Positions 12,230 through 23,930 of a DNA stretch of 64,000 nt are shown one piece after another. Position 1 is the first letter of the stretch. Each line of letters starts with the position of its first letter. The notes beneath the pieces are model-generated. The model was given only the letters and a program-made list of their open reading frames with translations, was not told the origin of the DNA and ran no database searches. Location of the stretch: the NCBI RefSeq assembly GCF_006345805.1, contig NC_042999.1:166656001-166720000 (forward strand), in the 5' to 3' direction. Both the position numbers and the translations under genes were made by a program. Source of the stretch: Octopus sinensis (taxonomy: Eukaryota).

Positions 12230-14480
12230 TGAGGACAGAGCACTATTTGATTGATGTTCCTATACAGTGGTGAAGTTAGAGACAGTATGTATTGGTTATT
12301 GAATTATTGACTAAATGATAGGGCTAAGTGACTCAGGATATTGATGATGGAAGTAGTAGGCCTCCAACAATAACCAACAAACTGGGCAGTGGGTTTACAA
12401 CAGGGAAATTTCATTATAGTTGTTAATAGATCTGTTTAGGGGGTTAAAGTACATGAATGGCGGGAGAAACAAATATGAATCCTGTGAGTTTTGCAAAGGT
12501 AATGTATTTGTGCCGGCATCATATCAAAACCATGTTACATTTGTTAATATTACCCTTAGTGTATATGGTTTTATAGTGCTTCCAATGAACATAGGTTGCA
12601 CTCCCTGCCTCTGCCCATTTACAGGAAATCAGTTCTCACCACAAACCAGAAAATTTTGTATGGTACTTTCCCCAGTTTTAAGTCCCATACCAGCTCAGCC
12701 AAAGATGTAGATTTATGCTTATCAATGTTCTTAAACTAGTGGGTTTGGTTATATCTTCATTTAAATTGGGATTATGTAAGCTCCAATGTAATGGAAAGGT
12801 TTAGTATTAATAGAAACAGTGTCCTTATAAACTATATTCTTCCTAAGGCATTGATTATCAAGCAAACAATTAGAAGCGATTCTAAAATTACTTAACAGGG
12901 TTTCAGTATAATTTCCAGATTTGACTGAATTATAGGTACCATATGCTCCCTTGGAAGCTGCCTTTCAGAGCCACTAGTGTTGAACCAAACTGGGGTTAAC
13001 ATTTTACCAGAAGCTGTCCTAGGGTTCAGTTTCCTGTCATTCAAAGCAGTTTGGTGTGGCTGAGTAAGATAATTTCATAGTGTGTCTGTTGAATATTTTA
13101 TGGTATTCAAGGGATCTGAAGATGCCATGTATATCTCTAGCAATATTCCACACAAAGGTGAGGTAAACCAAACTGTTCTCCTTTTATGTAACCTATTCTT
13201 ATACTTTCTATGTGGAAGATCTAATTTCACCTCTTTATTTGGTTTAATGGTGTTGGATGTGATCCTTCATCTAGGACAGGGTACCAAAAGGGGTTCTATG
13301 AGATCTATTTTGTTTACAACTTCAGTTGCTGAATGTAAACATTGTAACCCACTACCGATGTGATCTATCGTATTGCTATCTGATGTAAGACCAAATCTAG
13401 TACATTCTGATTTAAATGGCTTCTGGAGGTGGTGGGTAGAACAAGTGCATGCACCCTGTGGGAAGATGAGAGATCTTCTCTACATACCCAGTGTCATTAT
13501 AGTATTGGGCATTCTGCATTAGGATATAAGTACCAATAGTCTAGATATTCTTGTGGATGCACTATTTACTATGGATTTGATGATGGCTCTTGTTGATTAA
13601 AGTTTCAGTTCATGTACTGTGTTAGTGGTAAGACTACAAACCCATAGTGAGGTCAGCATTATATCTGTGTCATTATAATGTCCCTATCTATAGTAACAGA
13701 TAGACCATTACTACTGAAAATATTTCTGATTCTTTTAGTTGTGTGTTCTAGATCAACTTTGCTAAACCTACAGAATAAGAGTAGGGCATCAACTCTTTCA
13801 GTCCACCTCCTATATCAGTGAAGACACTCTTAATATTATGCAATATGTACAAATCTACCACATCAATAACCTGGGCCCGAGTCACTTGTGCCCATAGTTT
13901 TGAAGTTTTCTAACCTGTTTTTACAAGCCCACAAGTTGTCAATCTAAAGTGACTGTTTTCGTAGCTGCTAAAATTACGTCAACATCCTTCATAGATAGAG
14001 TTCTTCATGATGAAGGATTAATAGGATTCAGTATCTATCTGCATAAATTTTGTTAGATGAATTTTTAAATCAGTCAACAGTTTCACAAGGTTTCTCTATG
14101 TGGGGAATATCCTATCTGTAATGATTTTGTTAATGTGACCTATGTCAGATTTGGATGGACTAATCAACCTAATAACAGAGTTAAAGGAGGAATTCAGTTT
14201 ATGGTCTACTATAGCCCCGAGCCAACCGAAGCTCTGTGATTGAATTTGGTAGGTGGAAGTTACTGCCATGTGTGTATGTGTGCGTATAGCTGCTCAGTGC
14301 CTCTCTGAAAGAGAGAGAGAGGGTCCTTCAAGGTAATCTGAGGTTGTTTAGGTAGACTGGGTTTTGAATACCAAGTCCTCAACAATTCTGAGTCCTTCCA
14401 AGTTGATATTATCCAAGATGGAAAATAGCATAATTTTATATCCCTTATTAAGCTTCTTACATATAATATGCTTGTAGTAG
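12230..14480 (-). mobile_element. Heavily decayed Penelope-like element (RT plus GIY-YIG remnants)
   Basis: Frame-broken motifs in the expected order on the - strand: RLISPSKSDIGHINKI (about 14170), TMGTSDS..VDLYIL (about 13880), VWFTSPL (about 13170), HYIG (about 12790), CNLCSLE (about 12595). Confidence 0.6.
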
Positions 14481-14689
14481 TCAATATTAAAATCATTGAT
14501 AAGGTTTCTGAGTTTTCTTAGGTGGGTATTTCTGTGAATTATGTTCTTCTAAAACTTTATCATACCAGGTGCTCTTCCTGTTACCAACACTCATCTATTT
14601 CTAAGCAAAGTAATATTTCTCCATGGCCAGATGTTTTACAAAGTAGATTGGAAATGAATGCCTCTGCCTGTGAGATGGTGAGACTTATG

Positions 14690-15092
14690 CTGTTCTTTAA
14701 TTATGGAGGGAACCTGTGGAAGGAGTAAACCAAGATGTGAGACAAAGTAGTGAGAAAGGATCTTCAGACACTGGGCTTCACTGAGGAAATGACAAGGGAC
14801 TGGGAGTTGTGGCAATTTAGTGTACTTAAGAAGACACGTCAAGATAAGTAAAATCCGTTATCCATACATAGAGGCATGTCGTTTGCAGGTGTTGGTGCCC
14901 TGTTAAATGCCCTCATACCATTGCTGCATGAATGTACCCATACTGGGAGCATATAAAAAGTACCCAGCTCACTCTGTAAAGTGGTTGGTGTTAAGAAGGG
15001 TCCAGCCATAGAAATCATGCCAGAACAGATCCCTGGCTGACAAGCCGTCCAACCAATGCCAGCATGGAAAATGGACATTAAATGATGATGAT
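14690..15092 (+). mobile_element. Diverged RTE 3' end
   Basis: GAACCTGTGGAAGG...AGACACTGGGCTTCACTGAGG coding remnant; GATGATGAT tail. Confidence 0.75.
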
Positions 15093-15176
15093 ACAATGTC
15101 AACACTGGAGACATTTATACATGCGCACACACAGACACACAGATATATATATACATGATGAGCTCATTTCAGTTTC

Positions 15177-15492
15177 ATCATCATCATCGTTTAACGTCCG
15201 TTCTCCATGCTAGCATGGGTTGGACGGTTCGACCGGGGATCTGGGAAGCCAGAAGGCTGCACCAGGCTCCGGTCTTATCTGGCAGTGTTTCTACAGCAGG
15301 ATGCCCTTCCTAACGCCAACCACTCCGTGAGTGTAGTGGGTGCTTTTTACGTGCCACCTGCACTGGTGCCAGGCGAGGCTGGCATCGGCCACGGTTGGAT
15401 TGGTGCATTTTACGTGCCGCCGGCACGGAAGCCAGTCGAGGTGGCACTGGCTTCGGCCACGATTCGGATGGTGCTTTTTACGTGCCACCGAC
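15177..15492 (-). mobile_element. RTE 3' UTR-only insertion
   Basis: Near-identical to 18590-18900. Confidence 0.85.
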
Positions 15493-15545
15493 ATTCTCCC
15501 AAATCTACTCATAAGGTTTTGATCAGTGTGAGGCTGCAATAGAGG

Positions 15546-15607
15546 ACAGTTGTCCAACGTGGTACACAGCCATACTTGCATGGCTGTGTACCACGTTGGA
15601 CAACTGT
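15546..15607. other. Perfect 28-bp inverted repeat with a 6-nt loop
   Basis: ACAGTTGTCCAACGTGGTACACAGCCAT-acttgc-ATGGCTGTGTACCACGTTGGACAACTGT. Confidence 0.95.
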
Positions 15608-15767
15608 TTTGTTAAAAATCTTCATTTACAAACTCAAGTCATTACTAATTACTCCCTGCTGCTTTCTCTATTGTCTCAACATTGAATTATGCATAACAAG
15701 AGAAATAACAAGAGAAATAACCTGAACATCAAGTAAAGAAAAACCAAAAAATCCAAGTTCAAAGTTA

Positions 15768-15773
15768 TTTATT
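15768..15773 (-). promoter_or_regulatory. MTERF3 polyadenylation signal
   Basis: AATAAA on the - strand about 75 nt after the stop codon. Confidence 0.55.
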
Positions 15774-15847
15774 AAAATATTGACAAGCTTTAACATTCTC
15801 TTCTAAGAATTTGTCTCTATACATTTGGTCACACTCAATGCTTTAAA

Positions 15848-16125
15848 TTACAATGTTTTTAGAAATTGGTTAAACTCAGCTGCAGAAGATTTAGCAACGG
15901 TTGTGCAAAATTCTTTATCAGTCTTAGTGACCAAAGCTTTTAATGATACATAGTTCTCTTTGCATGGATCATACTGGTTTCGTTTAAGGTGTTTCAAAAA
16001 TTGATGCCGTTCCTTAATTTTGAAAAGGCGTGTTCGGAATATGCCTGGCCATTGAACTAATTGTACATGATTCAAGCCCATTTCATGATGAAGGTATTCA
16101 AATTTATTAGTGAGAAGATATTTAT
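15848..16125 (-). CDS. MTERF3: MTERF3 last coding exon (...RLFKIKERHQFLKHLKRNQYDPCKENYVSL...EFNQFLKTL*)
   Basis: Characteristic MTERF3 C-terminus (ERH.FL...QYDP..PNY.SL...FLKTL); exon lengths sum to 1401 nt = 466 aa plus stop. Confidence 0.95.
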
Positions 16126-16331
16126 CTGAAAAACAACAGAACAGAAACAATAACAAAATGTGGTTAAAGAGGAAAAGATGACAAACTGTATTACTTAAAA
16201 CTTTCACATAATCTATTTTAAAAAGTTTCATTAAAAGCTAAAATAAAAATGACATCAATCTTTCTGCTATAATACTGTAAACACTTTTATAAAAGTTCTT
16301 GCTCCAAACATTTTACAGCTCACCAAATTGT

Positions 16332-16690
16332 CATCATCGTTTAATGTCCGTTCTCCATGCTAGCATGGGTTGGACGGTTCAACTGGGGTCTGGGAAGCCA
16401 GAAGGCTGCACCAGGCCCAGTTTGATCTGGCAATGTTTCTATGGCTGGATGCCCTTCCTAATGCCAACCACTCCATGAGTGTAGTGGGTGCTTTTTACGT
16501 GCCACCGGCACAGGTGCCAGACGAGGCTGGCTAACGGCCACGATCGGATGGTGCTTTTTTTATGTGCCACCAGCACGGGGGCCAGGCGAGGCTGGCAATG
16601 GCCACGAACGGATGGTGCTTTTTACGTGCCACCGACACGAGGATTTTTACGTGCCACGGGCTCGAGGCCTTTACATGCCACCAAATATCA
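16332..16690 (-). mobile_element. RTE 3' UTR-only insertion in the last MTERF3 intron
   Basis: Same tail and repeat units as the other copies. Confidence 0.85.
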
Positions 16691-16766
16691 TTATAGGCAC
16701 AAAATCTGATCTGAAGCACAGCAAGAAAAAAAAAATGAAGTTAATATAATTTAATAATTACAAGTA

Positions 16767-17106
16767 GACCTATGAAGAGGTGGGACAACTGGTGAAGTGT
16801 GATCTTTAGATGTTGAGTATCATGGAAGCGATGACAAGTGATTGAGACCTTTGGTGATTCACTGTGCTTGAGAAGACATGTCAAGCTAAGTGGAATCATG
16901 GTCATGGCCAGTGCCAGTCACATAAAAGGCACCTGTGCTGGTGACATGTAAAAGACACCCAGTACACTCTGTGGAATGGCTGGCATTAGAAACCAAGCCA
17001 AAACAGACAGTGGAACCTGTTGCAGTGCTCCAGCTTACCAGCCCCAATCAAACTGTTTAACCCAAGCTAGCATGGAAAACAGATACTGGATGATGATGGT
17101 GATGAT
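16767..17106 (+). mobile_element. Old RTE 3' end
   Basis: Diverged ORF end and GATGATG tail. Confidence 0.6.
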
Positions 17107-17860
17107 ATATATTTTTAGTTGATATTTCAAGAGGACAAATTTAATTGTAGAAAAATATATAATTATTAATACTACACTACAGAAGAAACTTAACTGAATA
17201 AAAATCTCATTAAAAATATCAGCTGAATTAATGACAAAGGTTAAGCCTCATCTCTAAAATACCATCTTCATGTTACTAAAAATACTATAACAACACCATT
17301 CTAGAACAATATTCTTTTTGCTCAGATTAGAATATCCCCCAAATAATATCAGTAACCTCAGTAGCTCAAAGACAATACTCATATGTGTGTTGATTACTGT
17401 TGTAATCAAGTTCACTTTATCTCTCTTATGGCACTTATCAGGCCCAAATATTCTACCTGTTATATGTGCAAAGTGGCCACATGTGGCTTCTCACCTACCT
17501 TACAATGTCATTCTAAAATTAAACAACCACATCGAAATCTTGAAGCTACAAGGTAATGCAGGATTAATTCAAAGCAATGTAAATAAATAAGCATCACCGT
17601 TGACAAAAGAAATCTGAATGCTAAAGAGTTAATCTAAACTAAAGGAAATACAGCATGCCCAAATTTCCATAGTGCACTATATGATAAATTGCTCCACATC
17701 TATGTTTCCAGAGAGATCATGAACCAGCCAGAAGCATGGTATATCTGAAATATTTTATGTATCATACCAAGTTCTTTGACCGACTGCTTACATGATATAA
17801 GTTTGTTTGATCAAACAATAACCCCAGTATTAGAAAGAAAAAAAAATCATTTGTGCTTAC

Positions 17861-17951
17861 TGGAAAAGTAAACTTTTGGAGCTAACAAAAATATTTTTTG
17901 TAGATCTGAATTTGTGAAACCAAGAAATTCTTTCATTTCAAAATGGATTGC
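17861..17951 (-). CDS. MTERF3: MTERF3 coding exon 4 (AIHFEMKEFLGFTNSDLQKIFLLAPKVYFS)
   Basis: ttatttttcAG acceptor, GTAAGC donor, 91 nt phase 0 to 1, LGF...PK motif. Confidence 0.9.
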
Positions 17952-18357
17952 CTGAAAAATAAAATATGATAGAAAGTGAAAATTTATGGCAAGTAAAGAT
18001 AATAAATTGCATAACTATACAGGACTATATAATTTCTTAATTAGGGATAAGTTTTGGGCAAATGTAGAGGCCAGGAGTGACATAGAAACTCCTGAGTTAA
18101 AAGTCAAATATTTAGTACTCTTGTACTGTATAAAGAACAATGTTTTTATCAAGCATAAGGACAATTTTGTTATGACAGATGTCCTCAGAAAAGACACAAA
18201 GGCCATAAGTTCTTGTTTCCTATAGCTTGTAAGCCTTCAAGCCTATATAAAAGAAACACTAGTGTGACTTCAAACACTAGCTTTAAAACTCTTCTTACAA
18301 GAAATTGAATTTTAAAATTAATCTAATTTGTAATTAAAAATAATATCCATTACTTAC

Positions 18358-18425
18358 TTTAATTGCTTTGACGTCATATGTGATAAGTTTCGGTTGTTGG
18401 CATATTACTTCTCGGATTTGATTAC
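18358..18425 (-). CDS. MTERF3: MTERF3 coding exon 3 (GNQIREVICQQPKLITYDVKAIK)
   Basis: ctctgacAG acceptor, GTAAGT donor, 68 nt phase 1 to 0, mTERF-repeat P-K-L motif. Not in the ORF track. Confidence 0.88.
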
Positions 18426-18579
18426 CTGTCAGAGAAGGAATGGATTAACAAAAGGAACCATTGAATAGAAAAACATAACAGTTTCAGAAAAAGCTACCAG
18501 ACCTATATTTCATTCTAGAAGTAAAACATTACACAGAATGTCTAATTTGAATTTAAATTATTGAAAAAACATGAAATTC

Positions 18580-20038
18580 ATCATCATCATCATTATCATC
18601 ATTTAACGTCCGCTTTCCATGCTAGCATGGGTTGGACGGTTCGGCCGGGGATCTGGGAAGCCAGAAGGCTGCACCAGGCTCCAGTCTTATCTGGCAGTGT
18701 TTCTACAGCTGGATGCCCTTCCTAACGCCAACCACTCCGTGAGTGTAGTGGGTGCTTTTTACGTGCCACCTGCACTGGTGCCAGGCGAGGCTGGCATCGG
18801 CTACGGTCGGATTGGTGCATTTTACGTGACACTGGCACGGAAGCCAGTCGAGGCGGCACTGGCTTCGGATGGTGCTTTTTACGTGCCACCGACACGGAAT
18901 CCAGTCGAGGCGGCGCTGGCATCGGCCACGATTCGGATAGTGCTTTTTACATATCTCCAGTCCAGGGGTCCTGGCATCTGCCGGGTGCCAGTCATAGGAT
19001 TGGTTCAATTTCGATTCCGATTTCACTTGCCCCAACAGGTCTTCGCAAGCAAAGTGGGGTTGGCATAGGTGCCTGTCGTCGGATGAGGTTTGATATCAAC
19101 TTTGCTTGCCTCAACAGGTCTTTGTGTCCAAGGGAGGAAAGTCATGCATAAGTGGGCTGGACTCACTTGTCCTGCCTGGTCTTCTCACGCACAGCATATT
19201 TCCAAAGGTCTCGGTCGCTGGTCATTTCCTCAGTGAGACCTAAAGTTCAAAGGTCGTGCTTCACCACCTCGTCCCAGGTTTTCCTGGGTCTACCTCTTCC
19301 ACAGGTTCCCTCCACTGCTAGGGATTGCCACTTTTTCACACACCTATCTTCATCCATTCTCGCCACATGACCATACCAGCGCAATCGTCTCTCTTGCACA
19401 CCACAGCTGATGCTTCTTAGGTCCAACATTTCTCTCAGGGTACTAACGCTCTGTCGTGTATGCACACTGACATTACACATCCATCGGAGCATACTGGCTT
19501 CATTCCTCACGAGCTTACGCATGTCCTCAGCAGTCACAGCCCATGTTTCACTGCCATGTAGCATGGCTGTTCGTATACATGCATCATACAGTCTGCCTTT
19601 TACTCTGAGCGAGAGGCCTTTAGTCACCAGCAGAGGTAAGAGCTCCCTAAACTTTGCCCAGGCTATTCTTATTCTAGCAGTTACACTTTCAGCACACCCA
19701 CCCCGCTTACTGACTTGGTCACCTAGGTAACGGAAGTTATCAACTACTTCTAGTTTTTCCCCCTGGAAAGTGACGGAAGTTGTTTTCTGCACATTTTCAG
19801 AGGTTAATGCTCCTGAGCATCTGCCACATACAAAAACTATCCTCCCAGTTAGCCTTCCTTTGACATTGCTGCACCACTTATGTGTCCATAGCTTACACTG
19901 GGTACATCTTATAGAGTTTCTACCTACACCTTTTCTACAGATCGAGCAGGGCCATCTTCCTGAAGACATTTGTGGATTGTCTACCTTCCTACTTATTAGT
20001 ACTTTGGTTTTAGCTAGGTTGACTCTAAGGCCCCTCGA
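18580..20038 (-). mobile_element. RTE-clade LINE, 5'-truncated (RT C-terminus, 3' UTR, (GAT)n tail)
   Basis: KLEVVDNFRYLG, AWAKFRELLPLL, RRLRWYGHVARM, GRGRPRKTW motifs; tail at 18580. Confidence 0.93.
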
Positions 20039-20577
20039 TTTTAATTATCCTTTATTCCATACAAGCAGGAATTATATTATATTAAAGTCTGTGTCAGTTT
20101 TAGTTAAACTTATGGCATATGAATAACTTAAAGTAACAGACAATCTATTCCTGCTTTTGATCTGGACTACAACTATATGGGATACTGCGCAGTTCCTTCA
20201 GCATTCACTTGCATTACACGAGTCAACACACTGCATCAAGTTTGCAATATATTCAACTAAAGCTGGAGCAGCAATTATATTGGAAGTGCTGGGTGTATAT
20301 TCTGAAATGGTTCTGTAAGTTTTGGATATATGTACATAGGCAAATTTGGATACAAGTATACAGGCACAGGTATGATTCTGTGGTTAGGACATTGATTTTC
20401 CAACCTCAAGGTCTTAAGTTCAGTCTCACTGCATGGTACCTTGGGCAAGAGCCATCTATTAAAGTCTTGGGTTGATTAAAGCCTTGTGAGTGAATTTAGC
20501 AGACGGAAACTAAATGAAACTCATCATATATATATGATGGGCTTCAATCCCTTTTCATCTACCATATATATATATAT

Positions 20578-22590
20578 CACCACCATGGTGGTAGCAGGGA
20601 ATTGTATCAGACTGCCTGAGGAGAAGCTAGGAGACAGGTATATTTAGCCAGAGGGGAAGCAGATAAGAAAAAATTTGCCAATGTTCTGCGCCGTGAGGAC
20701 CAAAGACTTGAGGTATTTCGTGTTGCAAGACAGCGTGTGAGAGAGAATCGTGATGTTGTAGGAGAGAAATGTGTCCGCATGGATGATGGTTCACTTGCGC
20801 TAAATGAGGATGCAAAGAGAGAGGTTTGGAGACACCACTATGAAAGGTTGCTCAATAAAGAAAATGAATGGGAGAAAGAGAGTCTGCCAAATGTTGACCC
20901 AACAGAGGGACCAGCTATCTGAGTTGACAGTACCTTGGTAGATAAAGCAATTAAAAGTATGAAGACAGGGAAAGCCCCAGGCCTATCAGGAATTACTGCA
21001 GAGATGCTCAAAATATCTGGTAGTGTTGGCTATAGCCTAGTCACCTGTATAGTTAACCAGGTGATACACGAAAGAGTCATACCCAATGACTGGTGTAGCA
21101 GCATAATAGTCAACTGCTACAAAGGTAAAGGTGATGCTTTAGATACAAATAATTACAGAGGTATCAAGCTGTTAGATCAGGTAATGAAGGTCATGGAGAG
21201 GGTCATAGCCCAACTAATTAGGGAGAGAGTCAGTTTGGATGAGATGCCGTTTGGGTTCATGCCAGGGAAAAGTACTACTGATGTTAAATTCCTGGTAAGA
21301 CAGCTGCAGGAGAAATACCTAGCCCCTGTACCTGGCTTTCGTTGACATGGAGAAAGTTTTTGACAGGGTCCCCCGATCCCTTATCTGGTGGTCAATGAGG
21401 AAACTAGGGATAGATGAATGGTTAGTGAGAGCTGTGCGGGCCATGTATAGGGACGCTGCTAGTAAGGTGAGGGTTGGCAATGAGTACAGTGAAGAATTCC
21501 GGGTAGAGGTAGGGGTCCACCAAGGCTCAGTCCTCAGCCCCCTCCTATTTATCATAGTCCTCCAGGCAATAACGGAGGAATTCAAGACAGGATGCCCTTG
21601 GGAGCTCCTCTATGCTGATGACCTTGCTCTAATTGCTGAGTCGCTATCAGAACTGGAGGAGAAGTTTCAGGTGTGGAAACAAGGATTAGAATCGAAGGGC
21701 CTTAGAGTCAATCTAGCTAAAACCAAAGTCGTAATCAGTAGGAAGGTAGACAAATCACAAACGCCCTGCTCGATCTGTAGAAAAGGTGTAGGTAGAAACT
21801 CTATAAGATGCACCAAGTGTAAGCTATGGACACATAAGATGTGCAGCAATGTCAAAGGAAGGCTAACTAGGAAGATGGTTTTTGTATGTGGCAGATGCTC
21901 AGGAACAATAAACACTGAAAATGCTCTGAGACCAACTTCCGTCTCTTTCCAGGGTGAAAAACTAGAAATAGTTGATAGTTTCCATTACCTAGGTGACCAA
22001 GTCAGCAGCGGGGGCGGGTGTGCTGAAAGTGTAAATGCTAGAGTAAGAATAGCTTGGGCAAAGTTCAGAGAGCTCTTACCTCTGCTGGTGACAAAGGGCC
22101 TCTCACTCAAAGTAAAAGGTAGACTGTATGACACATGTGTACGAACAGCCATGCTACATGGCAGTGAAACATGAGCCATGACTGCTGAGGACATGCGTAA
22201 GCTCGCAAGAAATGAAGCCAGTATGCTCCGATGGATGTGTAATGTCAGTGTGCATACTCGGCAGAGTGTAAGTACCTTGAGAGAAAGGTTGGACCTATGA
22301 AGCATCAGATGTGGTGTGCAAGAGAGACGACTGTGCTGGTATGGTCATGTGGCGAGAATGGATGAGGATAGGTGTGTGAAAAAGTGCCACACCCTAGCGG
22401 TTGAGGGAACCTGTGGAAGAGGTAGACCCAAGAAGACCTGGGATGAGGTGGTGAAGCATGACCTACGAACATTGGGCCTCACCGAGGCAATGACTAGTGA
22501 CCGGGACCGCTGGAAATATGCTGTGAGACCATAACCTTGTGGCCTATGCCAGGGGTGTAACCCGTCCACTTATGTGTGCCTTTCCTTCAT
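20578..22590 (+). mobile_element. RTE-clade LINE fragment (RT domain, frameshifted)
   Basis: GKAPG, NYRGIKLL, KVFDRVPR, HQGSVLSPLLF, LLYADDL; several frameshifts and stops. Confidence 0.95.
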
Positions 22591-22599
22591 TGGACACTA

Positions 22600-22995
22600 A
22601 ACTGCTTGCGATGTTTAGTGTCAAATGGTGTTTTTTACTTTCCACCTGCACAGGAGCCAGTCCAGCGGCACTGGCAACAACCTCGCTCGAATGTTTTTTC
22701 ACATGCCACCAGCACAGGTGCTAGTAATGCGACACAGGTAACAATCATGCTCGAATGGTGTTTTTAACGTGCATCGGCACAGAGGCCAGCTTGTTGCTCA
22801 TGCAATGATCTCACTTGTATGGTACTCTTAGCGCTCCACTATCACAGATGCCAGTCAATGAATTTGATTTTCGATGTCTACCTCTTCCACAGGTTCCCTC
22901 AACTACTACGGTATGGCACGTTTTCACACAGCCATCCTCATCCATTCTCACCACATGACCATATCAGTGCAGTTGTCTCTCTTGCACACCACATT
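22600..22995 (-). mobile_element. Older RTE 3' fragment, tail-to-tail with the + copy
   Basis: Diverged GTCGRGR-coding segment and 3' UTR repeat units. Confidence 0.65.
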
Positions 22996-23589
22996 TTAAT
23001 TAATTCAAATTAATGTACCTCATCCTAAAAAGTGGTAAAAGTTGCCATCTAGGATAATTTTAGTAACAAATCAAACATGTAAGATGCATTAAGAATTTCA
23101 ATTTTAGTGTTTATCCATAATGTTATTGCTTTTACACCTGTTAATTAAATTTATCTGCCCATAAAAGTGAAATTTACTCAACACAATCAGCTAAAATTAC
23201 ATAACAACAAGAGCACTCAAAGAGCACAAACCTCCGCCAAACCAACATCAATGTCCTCTCAATGATTAGCTGGAGGTGATTTTTAAAATGAGAATATCTG
23301 AAATAAACTCAACTGCTCTCACAAACGAGAATACTAAAAATGAACCTGACCGCTCTCAAAAATAAAGTAAAAAAACTGGAAAAAATAATCCAGAATCCTT
23401 GTCCAGTACTGGATCAATCCCCAAATCTAATCAGTTTGTGCCAGTCAACATCCCTGAAAGTAAGTAGTCCCAGACCTGAGACTGAGGCAGATGTTCATGT
23501 CGGGGTAACACAACTGGTCCACTAAATGGCCAATGTGATACGGAAACAGTTGTTTACAAGGCAGAAGTAACAGCAACAAGACCCAATGG

Positions 23590-23930
23590 ACAATCGAGTG
23601 AGCGGATATATGTGGGGGCAACGGAAGGCTCCTTCAGAACCTGCTTTAATAACCACTAGTCCTCATTCACCATCCCAGAGAGCTGTAACAGCACAACCCT
23701 AGCCAAGCATGCCTGGGCTTGGAAGGAAAGTGCCCTAGAGTACAGCATAAAGGGGAAGATCCTTGAGAGATGCAAGTACTTCAATAGTAGCAGGAAGTGC
23801 AAATTATACCTGACTGAGAAGAGAGCGATTTTAAAAGGTACCCAATGCCTGGATGTTTGCCTAAATAGCAGCAGTGAGGTATTTAATCCTTGCCTGCATG
23901 AAAGGAAGTACATTCTATCGTACCTGAGTG
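23590..23930 (+). mobile_element. Penelope-like GIY-YIG endonuclease fragment
   Basis: YVGATEGSFRTCFNNH*SSF...NSTTLAKHAW...YSIKGKILERC...CKLYLTEK in an off-track frame. Confidence 0.7.
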
